Assembly: GCA_001949185.1 (NCBI GenBank)
Contig: BDGG01000014.1
Coordinates: 899,378-963,377 of the forward strand
DNA length: 64,000 nucleotides
Source of the DNA: Ramazzottius varieornatus
Taxonomy: Eukaryota > Animalia > Tardigrada
Reading direction: 5' to 3'
A model generated the notes under the pieces. That model had not been told where the DNA came from and did not search any database. It worked only from the letters and a program-made list of their open reading frames with translations. Both the position numbers and the translations under genes were made by a program. How positions within the stretch are numbered: the stretch's first letter is position 1; each line of letters begins with the position of its first letter. Below, one piece after another: positions 1 to 12,731 of the stretch.

Positions 1-824
1 TGACTGTTTTGGTGCGATTGGGAAGAATTCGAGTTCTGGGCACGGCCCTGTCACAGACAAACAATACGACTCAGGTCGTGCCGTAACATTAAAAATCCGC
101 TTACCGTGTTGGAATTTTGTCCATTATTCTGGACGTCTAACATCTGCTTCAGCTGCCCACTTTTCAGCAGTCTCAAGGTATCGTCACATCCTCCGACGTG
201 TTGGCCGTGGAAAAAGATGTTGGGAACGGTTTTCTGGCCAGTCAGCTGAAGGAGTATGTCTTGGATGGCAGGGCCATTTTCTAAGACGTCCAGCTCATGA
301 ACGGACACGGGCACTTGTAGATCCCTGAAGACATCCTTCACCTTCATACAGTACGGACATGTCGTCTTGCTGAAGATAACAACAGGGTGTGAAGGCTCGT
401 TGATCCATTTGGTCACCTGATTCCTTAGAGGATCAGCTTCGGCGATGGGAGGCATGGTGGAAAACGCCCGCTGAGAGGAGAAATCCCGATTTCCACTGCG
501 TCGTTCAGAAAACGAGTCAGTGATGCCGCAGCGAAATCCAGTTACATTGATTGAATGGTAGTTCACAAGGCACTTGACTGCATCATGACGTAGAGCTGAC
601 GCTACAGTCTGGCTCCCTTTATGGTGCTGTAACTCTTCACGGCGATAATTCCCAGAGGATGATAAGGAAGAAACACAGACACTCGTAACGGGAAGATGTT
701 TAGGAATCGCTGGACGAACCTGTAAAGAGAAGGGTAAGTTGCGTCGGGTAGAAAGGGAGATAAGACGGTGGGAGGAGGCGAGCGTCTGCCAGGTGTTTAG
801 CCACTGCCTCGGCCGACAATTCAT
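1..824 (-). CDS. Glutaredoxin-domain protein, probably the 5' part of thioredoxin-glutathione reductase; continues off the left edge
   Basis: Grx domain VVIFSKTTCPYC...TGQKTVPNIF..GQHVGGCDD. MPP start at 455, with an upstream in-frame basic extension from ATG 824. Phase-0 donor at about 104, and the next exon (about 47..1) stays open. The TrxR domain is outside the window, so TGR is inferred. Confidence 0.75.
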
Positions 825-1924
825 AGCCCAGGAGCTGGAACGACCATCACAAGTCACGTTAGTCTGACATATTCCGCTGCTTCTACTTCTGATATGAACG
901 ATGAGAAGTACCACACGGAACAAAAGCGTCTTGTCATGCTACGATAAGCAAAGAAACAGGTTGTGCTGGTTTATCCGTCGTTAACCTGTGAGCTATTCAA
1001 GTAATCAACGTAGCCATAGGGATCCGTATCAGTCGGCCCCGCCTTCGGCTGATATCAACATTGTTTGCGTCGCGCTTACAAGAAACGCGATTACGCCATA
1101 GCGCCATGTGCTAAACTGCGCGGACTTACCCGAACTCGAGCCTCAACTCGTCACGCCCAGCGTCAGTCAAACATCTGCAAAACCCGCTTTTGTTATCTTT
1201 TAGATTTCAGTCTCATCCTGAATCTCCAGACGTCCTTAGTCCAGACGTTGTCCGGCTCCTCAGACTCATTGTTGTTTTCCACCGATATTTTATCGGCAGT
1301 CTGGCAGATAAACAAACAGAGTTTGCATTAAAGTGGCTCAGCTGAGACTGAGAGCCTGAGACAAAGGAAACAAACGATAATCGCCGCTGCCACTTGCTAG
1401 TTCTGACGAAGAGCTCCAGCAACCAGCAAGATGACTTGGCTTTTCTTCCTTCCTCCGAATCATTCCTACTCTCCTCCAGGTGTCGATTTGATGGAAGAGC
1501 GATTAATAATATCGCTGATAAATGATAACAGGTCACAGTTGCATGTTTGCCGTATGACTTCAAAGATGGAAGAACTCCAAGGCGGGACGAGCATCGCCTT
1601 TTATTGCTCCCCATCCGCCCATTTCGCCAACTCAGCAATTACACTTCTGGTCTCGCCCGTACCATTATACAATGAACAAAATACCATCCCCATGACATCA
1701 GACAGACAATCTTCACTTTTGACACTCACGTCATCAGGCTACTCTTTGTCAAACTGGACATCAGTGGACGAGCTGCGGAGTACCAAAGTAATTGAGTTCT
1801 CCGAGTGTCGGGTGTTTCGTACTGCTTTTGGCCACTTTTAAACGCAAATAAAAACGAGAAAACAGCAAGTGCGTACAGGAGAGAAGCAGCATGAGAAAAA
1901 ACACAGAAACCGGGGCCACCAGAT

Positions 1925-3447
1925 TTACAGAAATTTGCCGGTCTTCCTTTCTTGTCGGTGGACATGGAGGGAGTCTTCAATCAGAAACCTATAAGCACAA
2001 ACGCACAGCTCACACCACTCCCACCCGAAGGAGGAAACACGCGCTCGAAGGTCCAGAGTCCTCTTACCTGTACCAGAGAAAGGCAATGGGGGCCGTACCC
2101 AGATGCCATAGCGAATGCGCGTCAAAAGTAAAAAAAAGTGGAGGAAAATCCAGCAGCTCCAACACCATCAGACAGTCGACCATCAGGACGCTGACAGCAC
2201 ACGGCATCAGCTCCTTCCAACTCCTTCCTTCCCTCCTTACTGCGCAAAAGACCAACCATCCGATGGAATTCAGTACACCTAAAAACCGAATGGACGAAAA
2301 ACTCAGCATATTTTGAGAAAGAAACTTTTTTTGCAGCGAAACCAGCGCAGATAGAATCAGGGATAATATCACGAACCGACAGAAACATTTGCCACCATGT
2401 TATAACCGTAATCGAAACGGACGAACGTCAGGTAGTAGCAGTGGTATGTATAGAAGATCAGCAAAGGAAGGGCAGGAGCTGTCCATTTCCACGTCCTGTC
2501 GTACCCGATCAATCTGTAGGAAGACAATTGCTAGTATTCCACCGGTAAAACCTGTGAAGTAACCTTTTCTCTTCGAACATCAAATTTTTACCTAATCAGG
2601 AACGCGTAGAAGGAAAACAAAACAGCAGCCAGAGCGCAAAAGTAATCCATTTTCTGCAAAGAAGATCCGTTTGATCCTGTCAACGAAAATCCGGAATTGT
2701 ACAGTATTCGTGCTACCTCTGTGAAGGGAAAGTCTCGTGTGTGAAAGACTGAAGACCAAAACCATGCATTGATGGATACCTGTGACGAGAGAAAACAGTC
2801 ACCTTGTGCTGCATATGATCAGCTTTGTCGAACGATAGATTCCCAATATTTACTTGGAATCCAAAGTTCGGAAAACAGTACTCGTATCGAAAATCGAGGA
2901 AAATACGTACCATTGCATAAGTCCTCCAAAGGTAAAATGTGGGCGCTTCTTTCGGGACTGCACGCAGAAACTTCTGCAGCATGTAGAAGTGTGCGATACC
3001 GTTAAGAATGGAGAAGATGGCCGAAGCTGGCTCCTGGATTCCGAAAAGACGAACAAATGGCCACTAAACAAAAGAGCACAGAGAAATTCGAAAATAAAAC
3101 GAGTGGCAGGGAAATCAGGCAATCGATGATTAACGCACCTTACCGTAGAACTGCGGAATCGAGTAGTTGTTCTCCCTGAACCTATCGACGGTGTCCCACA
3201 TGCAGTTGTACTTGCACTCGTCCTCGCACTCCCACAAGAAGGCTTTCATATACCACGGTTGCTGGCGCGCCCATGAGGCGTCTGGGAGATCGTTCTCAAC
3301 GAAGAACGCAGACGACGGACAGTTCGCTTGTGAGCACTGCAGCAGACAGGTCCGGAAGTAGTTGCTCCGGTCGCCCATCGATCCATCTGACCATCCTGTA
3401 AGAGCCAAAAGAATGCATGAAACCGTAAAAATTATGTTCGATGCCAT
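1925..3447 (-). CDS. PGAP3: Post-GPI attachment to proteins factor 3 (Per1-like), about 6 exons
   Basis: Signal peptide then SMGDRS..F..C..C; W.C.DECKY.CMW; QFYGK/WPF; LELLDFPP..FDAHSLWHLGT; last exon FLIEDS...KFL* (stop 1925-1927). Confidence 0.93.
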
Positions 3448-3659
3448 GGCTCATGAGTCCAGTCCGCGTGGTATGACGGGAAGAACGAAGGAGAACTACA
3501 TCTGAAGTCCGGAATCTCTTTCTCTCCTGTAGAGAAGTCGATCAACAATCAAAGCGAAAACGACAACAACCCGCCCCTCGTGTCATCATGTGCTACGTTT
3601 TACCGTCACACGCTGCGGTCAGTACATTAAAACGTCTAAATGACGACCCGTACGGGATA

Positions 3660-3780
3660 TACTTCCGGTGACGTCCTGCACCTCTTTCTTCGGAATTCGA
3701 GTTCAAAATTCAAGATCAATAACAAAAATTATTTTCGCTCACTCGCTTCCTGAGTCCTTTATCCACGTCTTCCGGACATT
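3660..3780. promoter_or_regulatory. Bidirectional promoter between PGAP3 and HisRS
   Basis: Start codons are 377 bp apart, head to head. ACTTCCGG (ETS-like) abuts TGACGTC (CRE-like) at 3661-3675, with a second CTTCCGG at about 3769. Confidence 0.4.
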
Positions 3781-3824
3781 CTCTCTAAAGAATTAGCTGG
3801 TCATCGATGTACATCGTCGCTTGA

Positions 3825-6800
3825 ATGGACCCCGTTGTAGGAATAAATGCTGTTGCGCAAGGTGACACAGTGGGCAGAAAACCTGGAAAGAAGACTGAAA
3901 AGGGGAAAGAAAAGAAGCAGGTGAGATTGTCTGACGTGTTTTCATTATTGTACGATCAAACTGGTTACATTGATTGTCGTATGACGCGCGCGTTCATCCG
4001 GGTATGTGTGTTGGTCCAAAATGTTTTGCTTCGAACCGGTAGTTTTCCAGATTATTTTGAGTGAGCTCCTTGCCAGTAGTCAGGAAACAGCTACATCGCT
4101 CTTGTGGCGACGAGGGCTGTGGCAGAAGTTGTGCAGAGTTTGAGGATGAGTTGGAGATGAGAGAGTCATGTCAGTCAGATCCGTAGCAAAGTTGTCCTGC
4201 TCCTGTAAATTCAGCTTTGATTTCATCATCACCAGACATTCCCTTTTTCGATATGGCGCATCATTTTGCCATTCCGACGTTGCCCTGAGCGCCGGCGATA
4301 GAAGAAGATACCGCAATCTGTGGCAGCGTGAGAAAGTATGCGATCTGTGATGAATGTAGTGGTGCGGGTTTGGAGTTTCCGACTGATCGACTGTTAACAC
4401 TTCTGATCCCATTTTGTTTCTTTCAGGCTGGCGAAACTGAGCTGTCGGAAGAACTCCGCACGAAAGCTTTGATCGACGGAAATGGACCGGAAGACGCCAC
4501 TGCTGGAGCGCAGAAACTTGTTCTCAAGAACCCGAAGGTAAGTCAGACAGCACGGTGGCGAATATTCCTCTCAACTTCCGGACGATGAGAATGCATCCCT
4601 TCAGACTGTTCTTTGCTTGACTGACTGAGTGTTATTTGTTTTAGGGAACAAGGGACTTTGAACCGAAACAGATGGCAGTTCGCGAAAAAGTTTTCAAAAC
4701 GATTATCGACTGCTTCAAATTGCACGGCGCTGAGACCATCGACACTCCCGTCTTTGAACTCAAAGTAATTTCCCTCCCACGATTGTATTCCGCTCTGTGT
4801 TTTTTTACGGCGTCCTGTTGCTTTCAGGAAACTCTGACGAACAAGTACGGGGAAGATTCCAAGCTGATCTACGATCTGGCTGACCAAGGTGGAGAAAAGC
4901 TTTCTCTCCGCTACGATCTGACCGTAAACATCCTCTCGCCTTCTTCAGTTTCCACACAATCGTCATCCAATGTGCGGAAATCTGCCCCTTTTTCTTTCTA
5001 GGTTCCTTTCGCAAGATATCTAGCTATGAACAAGATAACGAACATCAAAAGATACCACATTGCCAAGGTGAGGAAGGTTGAGAATGAGAACCGTGAAGGA
5101 TATTCGACCCGGATGAAGTCGCGCATATACGCGCGACTTCACCAGGGTCGATTATTCTGATGCGCCCTTTGATGTAGAGTTTGTGTAGACAAAACAATCT
5201 ACTGGTGCTCGAATTGAGATTGATTCGAGGTGAAATTCCGAAGACTGAAAACTCGGTTTAGAATACTCAGAAAAAAAATTGGTTCTCATTTGTGACGATT
5301 GCTCGTTTTGCAGGTTTATCGTCGCGATCAGCCTTCAACAGCTCGCGGTCGCTTCCGTGAATTTTACCAATGCGATTTCGATATCGCCGGTCAGTACGAT
5401 GTGATGACTGCCGATGCCGAGATTGTGCGCATCCTGGCGGAAATCCTTTCCAAGCTAGACATAGGCAAGTTCGTCATCAAAGTCAACCATCGAGTGGTGC
5501 TGGACGCCATGATGGAACAGTGCGGCGTACCGGCCAGAATGTTCCGCGCCATCTGCTCTTCCATCGACAAACTCGACAAGACACCTTGGCAAGAAGTCAG
5601 GAATGAGATGGTCAATGAGAAGCACCTGGATCCTGCCGTCGCTGACAGAATACAAAACTACGTCGTACTCAAATGTAAGAAGTTTGCCTTTTCGCAGGAA
5701 ATTTCGTTCACCATTTGGGACGTACGCAAAGAAATTCCACCAGATCGTTTCCCAAGTGGCCTACGCTTCTATTGTAGCTTTGCTGAAAGTCCGTGCCACT
5801 CAGAAACTTGGCGAGATCGTTTTCTTCAAATGGTGCACGCTTTCGGCTCATTACAACGAAGAAGTGCGCCATTTGGAGGAACGATCTGAACCATTTGCCG
5901 ACGTGCCGTCTCATCTTCAACTTTTTCTCACGGAAATCCTTTTCATTGCAGCGCAGGGAAACGCGATAGAGTTTGTCGATCAACTCCTGCGGGATCCCCT
6001 CATCGGCCAACATGCAGGCGGAAAAGAAGCCTTCGAGCAGATGAAGCTTCTGCTTTCCTACTGCGAGCTGTATGGAGTCTCCGATGTGGTGTCTTTCGAT
6101 CTAAGTCTTGCGAGAGGCTTGGATTACTATACTGGCATTATTTATGAGGCTGTATTGCAAGGTACATTGTCTGATTTGCACGTAAGGGGAACCTATGCTC
6201 AACGATAGGAAAAAGACCCGACATGGCCCTGACTGCTGCATGGCCTTGACTAACTTCCTCGCTTTTGCAGGTGATGCTTTGACTGCTTCGACCGAGTCAG
6301 TCGGCAGTATAGCGGGCGGTGGTCGGTACGATTACCTTGTGGGTATGTTTGATGCTAAGCTTTCAAAGGGCGCAAAATCAGTGCCATGTGTGGGAGTGAG
6401 TATTGGCATTGAGAGAATCTTCGCCATCATGGAAGCCAAGATGCTCAGTTCAAAGGAGAAAGTCCGCACGACCGAGACAGAGGTTTACGTGGCTTCCGCA
6501 CAGAAGAAGCTGCACTTCGAAAGGATGAAACTCTGTCGAGAGCTGTGGGATGCCGAAATCAAGGTAAAGCTTTTTCCGAAATAGTTTGGGGTTATGGAAA
6601 TTTAATTTTGTTTGTTCTTTGTTCTTAGACTGAACAATCCTACAAGCTGAGTCCGAAATTACTGCAGCAACTTCAGTACTGCGAAGAGTACGGAATACCG
6701 TTGGCCATCGTGCTGGGCGAATCCGAACTTCAGAATAACGTTGTCAAGTTAAGAGATGTGCAGAGTAGAAATGAGGAAGTTGTACCCAGAGATAAAATTG

Positions 6801-6877
6801 TCGAAGTGATAAAAGCGAAATTGCAGTTGATCAATGGACAATCGACGTCTTCGTCAATTGCAACTGTACATGCTTGA
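3825..6877 (+). CDS. HARS: Histidyl-tRNA synthetase, multi-exon
   Basis: [85 protein letters not shown] and an anticodon-binding domain; stop 6875-6877. Exon 1 has a WHEP-like QGDTV remnant. Confidence 0.96.
4168..4335 (+). CDS. Putative alternative first exon of HisRS encoding a mitochondrial presequence
   Basis: ATG 4168, Arg/Ser-rich peptide, and a phase-0 donor at 4336 compatible with the phase-0 acceptor at 4426. Confidence 0.55.
5098..5157. repeat. Intronic palindrome/hairpin
   Basis: tcgacccggatgaagtcgcgc-atatac-gcgcgacttcaccagggtcga in a HisRS intron. Confidence 0.7.
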
Positions 6878-7000
6878 CGGCTTTCTTTCTGGTTTTTTAG
6901 TCTATGTTGAACTTTTATACCTGTTTGTCCTGCGTAGCATTTTGTCGAATGAACGAAATGAAAATGGAAATAAAAACGGTAAAAAAAGGACTGAAAAGGA

Positions 7001-8063
7001 TCAGGCGCTAAAAGTACTCGTTGCCGTCTTCTTCACCATCGAAGTGGCGAGTTTACCAAAGAGCATAAAGCCAGTTTGACCACCGGGGGTGTAACTGAAT
7101 GTATACCTGCATAAAAGACACAAATCGCAGCAGCTGCAAGAGGAACAAAATGTAATTGTTCAGGAATATTCCTACCAAATCAACGTGAAGATTTGAATAG
7201 CTGCAGCAATAACCGTGAGTAAGGTGCTCTGGAGCTGCAGAGCGAAGAAAAGCGTAGCCACCATCGAGAAAAAATAGAGAGTTGTTTGAGGAAGCCGGTC
7301 AGCTTTGACCATTCCATGGAAATGATTGTAGGGTCCTCTCAGAACCCCAAAACTGAAAAAGTGAAAAATGTCGGCGAGCTGCGAATCGAACGCCAGCCTC
7401 CAGTTCACCAGGCAGCGCACCACCAGCCACGCTATAGTGACCTGAAATTATGCCGAGCTGCCTTGTCCAGGCTAAACTACTTCCGCTATGCGTTGATTGA
7501 CGAGCAGGTGTTGGATTGATTGGACCGCAACAATGCGTTATCTTTTGATTTCCCTCCGTAAATGTCCAGAAGGAAGCTCCTTTCGCTCACCTGGTTATGA
7601 GGAAGAGAGATCCAAAAGTGAATAATATCGAAAATTTCCTGCTCTTGAGTATGAGGACAGGGAGATAAAAGGATGCCTAAAAAAGGAATATCGTGAGACG
7701 AAGAAAGTTCTGCTGAATTGAGCTGGACTCACAACAACAAAACAGAACAGACCGGCGGCGAAAAATCCCAAAAAGCCCAGGAACCGCTGTTTTCTTGTCT
7801 GCAACAGGACAAACTCGTCTGTGCCAGAAAAAAAGCCATGAACAAGATCAAACGGAACATGCTCTTACCATCGAAGGAAACCATGGATCCTTTTCGGCTG
7901 ATTGATCGATTTCCTCCAGTGTCTCATTCCGATTGCCCTTTATTTTCAGCCACTTAAAGCCTTGCTGAAGTCTCTCCTGGAACACTGCTCCGCTGGATGA
8001 ACCGCCCTTCTTCAGATAACCACCATGATCGTCTCGGAGGTTCAAGGGAGATGGACTGTCCAT
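7001..8063 (-). CDS. Vesicle transport protein SFT2 family (SFT2D3-like)
   Basis: TRKQRFLGF..FFAAGLFCF; RKF; GPYNHF...DRLPQT.LYF..MVATLFFAL; final exon YTFSYTPGGQTG..*; stop at 7001-7003. Confidence 0.85.
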
Positions 8064-8340
8064 TGTGGCGCGGAATAAAACAAAACCGGGACAAACAAAA
8101 CAACCAATTTTTTCTCAGATTTCATTGCTTGTGGTCAATCAACAATCAAGCGTGTTTACTTTGAGTGGTTTATTGGCCGTGTTGCCCCCACCAGAAACCG
8201 CCTGAGTTAACCGGAAGTCGAGGTTGTTCGGTTTCAGGTTTACTATTTTGTGCGAAAAAGCATTTTTCTCGTCCACTTTTCAGACAACGCCTGGCACCAT
8301 TGGGAGGCTTTCTATCTGCTGGTAGTACGTCTCTGCGCCA

Positions 8341-8487
8341 TACTGTAATGCTTCTTGAACTTCGCGAATCACGTGATCATACGCGTACGGTTGAACCCCG
8401 GTCCGAAAATTTTGTCCTACCAGCCCTCTAAGGGGTGTTTCGCGCGTATGATGACGTGCTTCGCGAAGTTCAAGAAGCATTACAGTA
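8341..8487. mobile_element. 147-bp MITE with TA TSD (Tc1/mariner-type), copy 1
   Basis: TA-CTGTAATGCTTCTTGAACTTCGCGAA...TTCGCGAAGTTCAAGAAGCATTACAG-TA; second copy at 18862-19008. Confidence 0.9.
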
Positions 8488-8720
8488 TTTGCAGCAATTT
8501 TGCCGCGGGTCAGTGGGATTGCCTCAAACTGCCCCTTACGTGGAAGCCCGGTGAGGAGGCTTAACTAACAGTATGGAGGATACATGGCTTCTTGGCAACC
8601 CGAGACGCCTCAACCAGTGGCCATCGGCAAGCCTACCAGACGACTCACCGCATTGTACAAGTGAAGGTGCTTCTTCTGTAATATTTGAAACCTCACCGTA
8701 GCCCTTAGCCGTCGGAAAAG

Positions 8721-10242
8721 ATGTCGAAGGCAGCCAAACCGAAGCTCAGAATCGCCATAGTTGGCTCCGGAAATTGGTAATCTACTGGCTTATCGTACTA
8801 TACTTTTGGGCTATTTGGCCAAACTCGCATCATCTGACTGAATGTTCCCCCTTGATTATTTACAGGGGCTCGGCCATCGCCAAAATTCTTGGGAAGAATG
8901 TTCAACCAATGGCAGACTTTGAGAAGACCATCCAAATGTACGTGTTCGAAGAAACACTGGACGATACTTTTGGGCTGTTGAAAGGCAGGAAATTAACCGA
9001 CGTCATCAACAAAGAGCACGAGAACGTTAAATACCTCAAAGGGCACAAACTACCCGAAAACATCGTAAGCTAGTAACCTTGGCTCAGATAGCGCAGGCTG
9101 TGGACCTTGGATTTCTGCTTTGATTTGTCATCGTCCTTCAGCATGCCGAGCCTGATTTGGTGACGGCCTGTAAGGATGCCGACTACCTGGTCTTCGTTCT
9201 TCCTCATCAATTCATCGGCAAAGCATTGGACTCCTTGGTCGGGAAGATCAAACCGACAGCAGTCAGCATGTCGCTGGTCAAAGGTCTGTACAACCCCGAG
9301 AAGAATAATATGCGGTTGTTGTCGACGGTCATTACTGAAAAACTGAAGACACCCTGCGGTGTTCTGATGGGCGCTAACGTGGCGAATGAAGTGGCTGAAG
9401 GAGCCTTCTGTGAAACCACCATCGGTAAGCCGGCTATCGATCCTTCCCGGGTGCTCCTTCCTCTGAATACTGAACTGAATTTTGGGTATCTTCAGCAAAC
9501 TATCTTCTGTAGCTTTCCAAGATGAAAATCATGGTGAAGTCTTCAAGAAGCTGCTGCAAACACCCGACTTCCGCGTTAACGTCATCAAGGATGCAAAAAA
9601 CGCTGAACTATGCGGAGCACTGAAGGTACTGTGCCGTCGAAATTTAATTGAAAGGGTTTTGATTGGTTCTCTAGTGGGAGCGTTACCTGTACATGTTGTA
9701 GAATATTGTGGCCTTCGCTGCTGGGATATGTGACGGTGTCTACGGGGAGAAGACCAACACGAAGGCAGCCATTATCCGCCTGGGTCTCTGTGAGATTATG
9801 CATTTCGCTGACACCTTCTTCCCGGGTGGATCCCGAGAGACCTACCTGGAGAGCTGCGGAGTTGCCGATCTCATCACTTCCTGCTTCGGGGGACGCAACC
9901 GAAAAGTTGGGGAAGCCTTTGCTGCGTGTGAGACCAAGGTAATCACAACAGTAGTGAAGGACCAATAGGGACAACCGAGCCCATGTTTGCCTGTGTTCCA
10001 GCTACAGTCTTCTTTGTTGTTTTTGATTTTAGACATTGGATGATCTAACCAAAGAACTGTTGGCTGGTCAGCAGTTACAAGGGGCCGGTACTGCCGAGGA
10101 GGTCAATACCTTCTTGGCTCAGAAAGGCAAAGAGAAAGAATATCCGCTGTTTACGGCCGTCCATCAGATTTGCAAGAGAAGCATTCCACCCAAAGCTCTG
10201 ATCGATGCTCTGAGGAACCACCCCGAACACACCGACAAGTAG
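8721..10242 (+). CDS. GPD1: NAD-dependent glycerol-3-phosphate dehydrogenase
   Basis: [77 protein letters not shown] and NHPEH motifs across exons. Confidence 0.95.
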
Positions 10243-11998
10243 GATCGCAGACTCGATATCCAAAGGCACTACGCCCACGTGAATCTTTCATTATGTTTCT
10301 TTGTTTACCTGACTAATGGTTTGGTAGTTTCAAGTTTCTCTCTATACTTGAATTCAAGTGGACGACTTGTGTGAATTGAGTTGTATGTGGGAGTTGTATC
10401 AGGTGCGGAAGTATGACTTGTTACTCCTCCGACGAAGATTTTCAATAATTTCTCCTGACTTTGAACTTCGGAATTTTTGATCAGGTTATCCAGCCATATC
10501 AGCAAGGTACTTCAGTCATTTTTCCGGCATCGTGTTCATGCCTTTACTGTAGAAGCATGGGGCAAGTGAAAAGATAAACTCTCTGCAGGCATTTTTAGCC
10601 GGTTCTCTGGAAGAGATTTTTGTTTCTCGCTGGAAGTGCTCCAATTTCGCGACATGGTGATAGTTTGTTAGTATCAGATCCCCTTTTCCCGGTGTATGAA
10701 GGAGAGTTTCCAGTTTCGCCTCCTGTAGTTTTGCGGGAGCGTTTCGTTCAGTGTTCACTCTGAAGCTGACTTGCAGCAGTAGTGCTTTGAGTCAACTGAA
10801 TAATTTTTTTAGCGCTCTTACCCGTTATAGAGAGGTTTAGTCTACAGTTAGAGCCATGCTCCGCAGAGGGATTGTACAGCGGTCTAGACTATAAGATAGT
10901 AATCAGACAGCAACCGTAATGTTCCTTTGGGGACGCTCACGATTCGATATTTTCTGCGGTACTTCCGCTCTTTCGAGTCATTCCAATTTTTGCTTCACAA
11001 CGTCTTACAGAGTCCCCTCCCTCTCATCCAGAAACGTGAGGTTAATGAAAGACAAATTCTGCGTGTATCGTTAGGTGTGCGAGGTAAACGGGGAATCCGA
11101 ACCCATAACTTTTTTGCCTTCCCGTTTTATCCGAATGTCCAGCAAATATTTTGTGAGACATCTCAAAGTCTCGTAAGGATTTTACAAGGGTTCGGGAGAA
11201 TCGGATTCAACAGTCTCCCCTGGCGCGTTATTGTCCAACTGTAGTTTCGGTCTCCCGTAAGAGTGACTTCCGACCTAAAAACCTCCAGAGGTGAGAAGAA
11301 TTACCCAACCTCCAACGGTTCAACTAACAGCTTCATTACGAGAGCCAATGCATATCTTCACGCCTGTGTGGGATGCGCTGACGCCTTGAGAAAATTCAAA
11401 TAGTTGAACCGCGTATAATTTTGGTTATCCATGTTCCCGACAAAACCACTCCTGCCCTATCCCGAAGCTGGAAAACTTGGGTTAAGCGGAGATTATCGGG
11501 TATTCTGGCTCTCTCACCAAAAAATTAGATACAGGAGATTATGGAATGGTTTCCTTGAAAACACTGCTCCATATGACGAAGTAAGGGTCATACTGCCGTG
11601 TATTGGTGCGCGCAACGCAGGCACACGCCATACTGCGCTGCTGTGGACCTACGAACACGATTCTGGTTTTTCGTTGCTCTATCTCGACTCGTGCGTTTAG
11701 TCAGGAGCCACCCAGCACAAAAGTTATAGATAACAACCTTGCCGAAAAAGCGCTGGTCTTTTCAAGTGGCGACCTGCAACATTGATCGAGCAGTTTTACA
11801 AATGGCAGGAGAACATGACTTTGGAAGGCTGTTTCTCGATAACCGTAGTGAGTATCGGTTTCCAAAACTAACACTTTGTAAACACAACTGCTTAAATTCG
11901 GGGAAGAATTTTCGTTGAATTGTTTCTTCATACGACTATTTTTAACCAAATTTTGACTGGTCGGGTCGAATGTTCACCGTGGTGCTTCAAAGTTTGTT

Positions 11999-12149
11999 TA
12001 CTTTACAACGTAGAAGGCTCGGCGAAGCTAAAATAAGCCGATTTGGCCGTTCTTAGCCGTGGCTAAAAATATTTCAGCTGCTTTAGCCACGGCTAAGAAC
12101 GGCTAAAACGGCTTATTTCAGCTTCGCCGAGCTCTCTCTACTTTACAAC
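11999..12149. mobile_element. Palindromic MITE with 11-bp direct flanks (Mutator-like)
   Basis: Near-complete fold-back 12017-12132, flanked by TACTTTACAAC at 11999-12009 and 12139-12149. Confidence 0.7.
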
Positions 12150-12731
12150 ACGGACGGAGAGAGGCTTGATCAGTCAACTTCCATCCTGTGCCGGCGGAAG
12201 ATCTTTGCGCTGTATCGCTTCAGACTTCATTGGGTCAGTCTCGATTGCTCCATCTCAGCACCTGAACCGCCTTTCTGTTGAGCGTGGGCTGGGTTAGTTG
12301 GGTTAACAGAACGCTGACAATAGCCAGGAGTAGACAGAGTGACTGGAAAAAAGGCGCAGCCAAACGGACAAGGGTGAGTGGAGCTATGAACTTTTGAAGT
12401 TAGGGTGCTTTTAGGAGTAACAAGTCATACTTCCGCACCTAATATTACCCCCTCCCCCCGTCGTCTTACGTAATACTTGGATGGTCCCCGACCAGAAAAA
12501 CCTCCGTGGGAGTATCAATTCGTGTGATCTGAAATCCTCACGGAGTTGATGGAAAAATATGTATCTCACCACGTTTCAATACCAACAGTGAAACTGGGCG
12601 GGTGTCACCTTAGTGCCAGTACCAAGATGTTTTCCTTGTAACTGTGTGCGGTGGTCGGTAGCAGTTTGAAAGCTGCTACATACTGGCCAGTTGTAGTTTT
12701 GGCGTCATTGGGATTTCATGTTAGCTCATAT

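Noticed and set aside
1065-1900. Extra gene between the Grx gene and PGAP3
   Set aside because: No recognisable product; probably UTR or promoter sequence.
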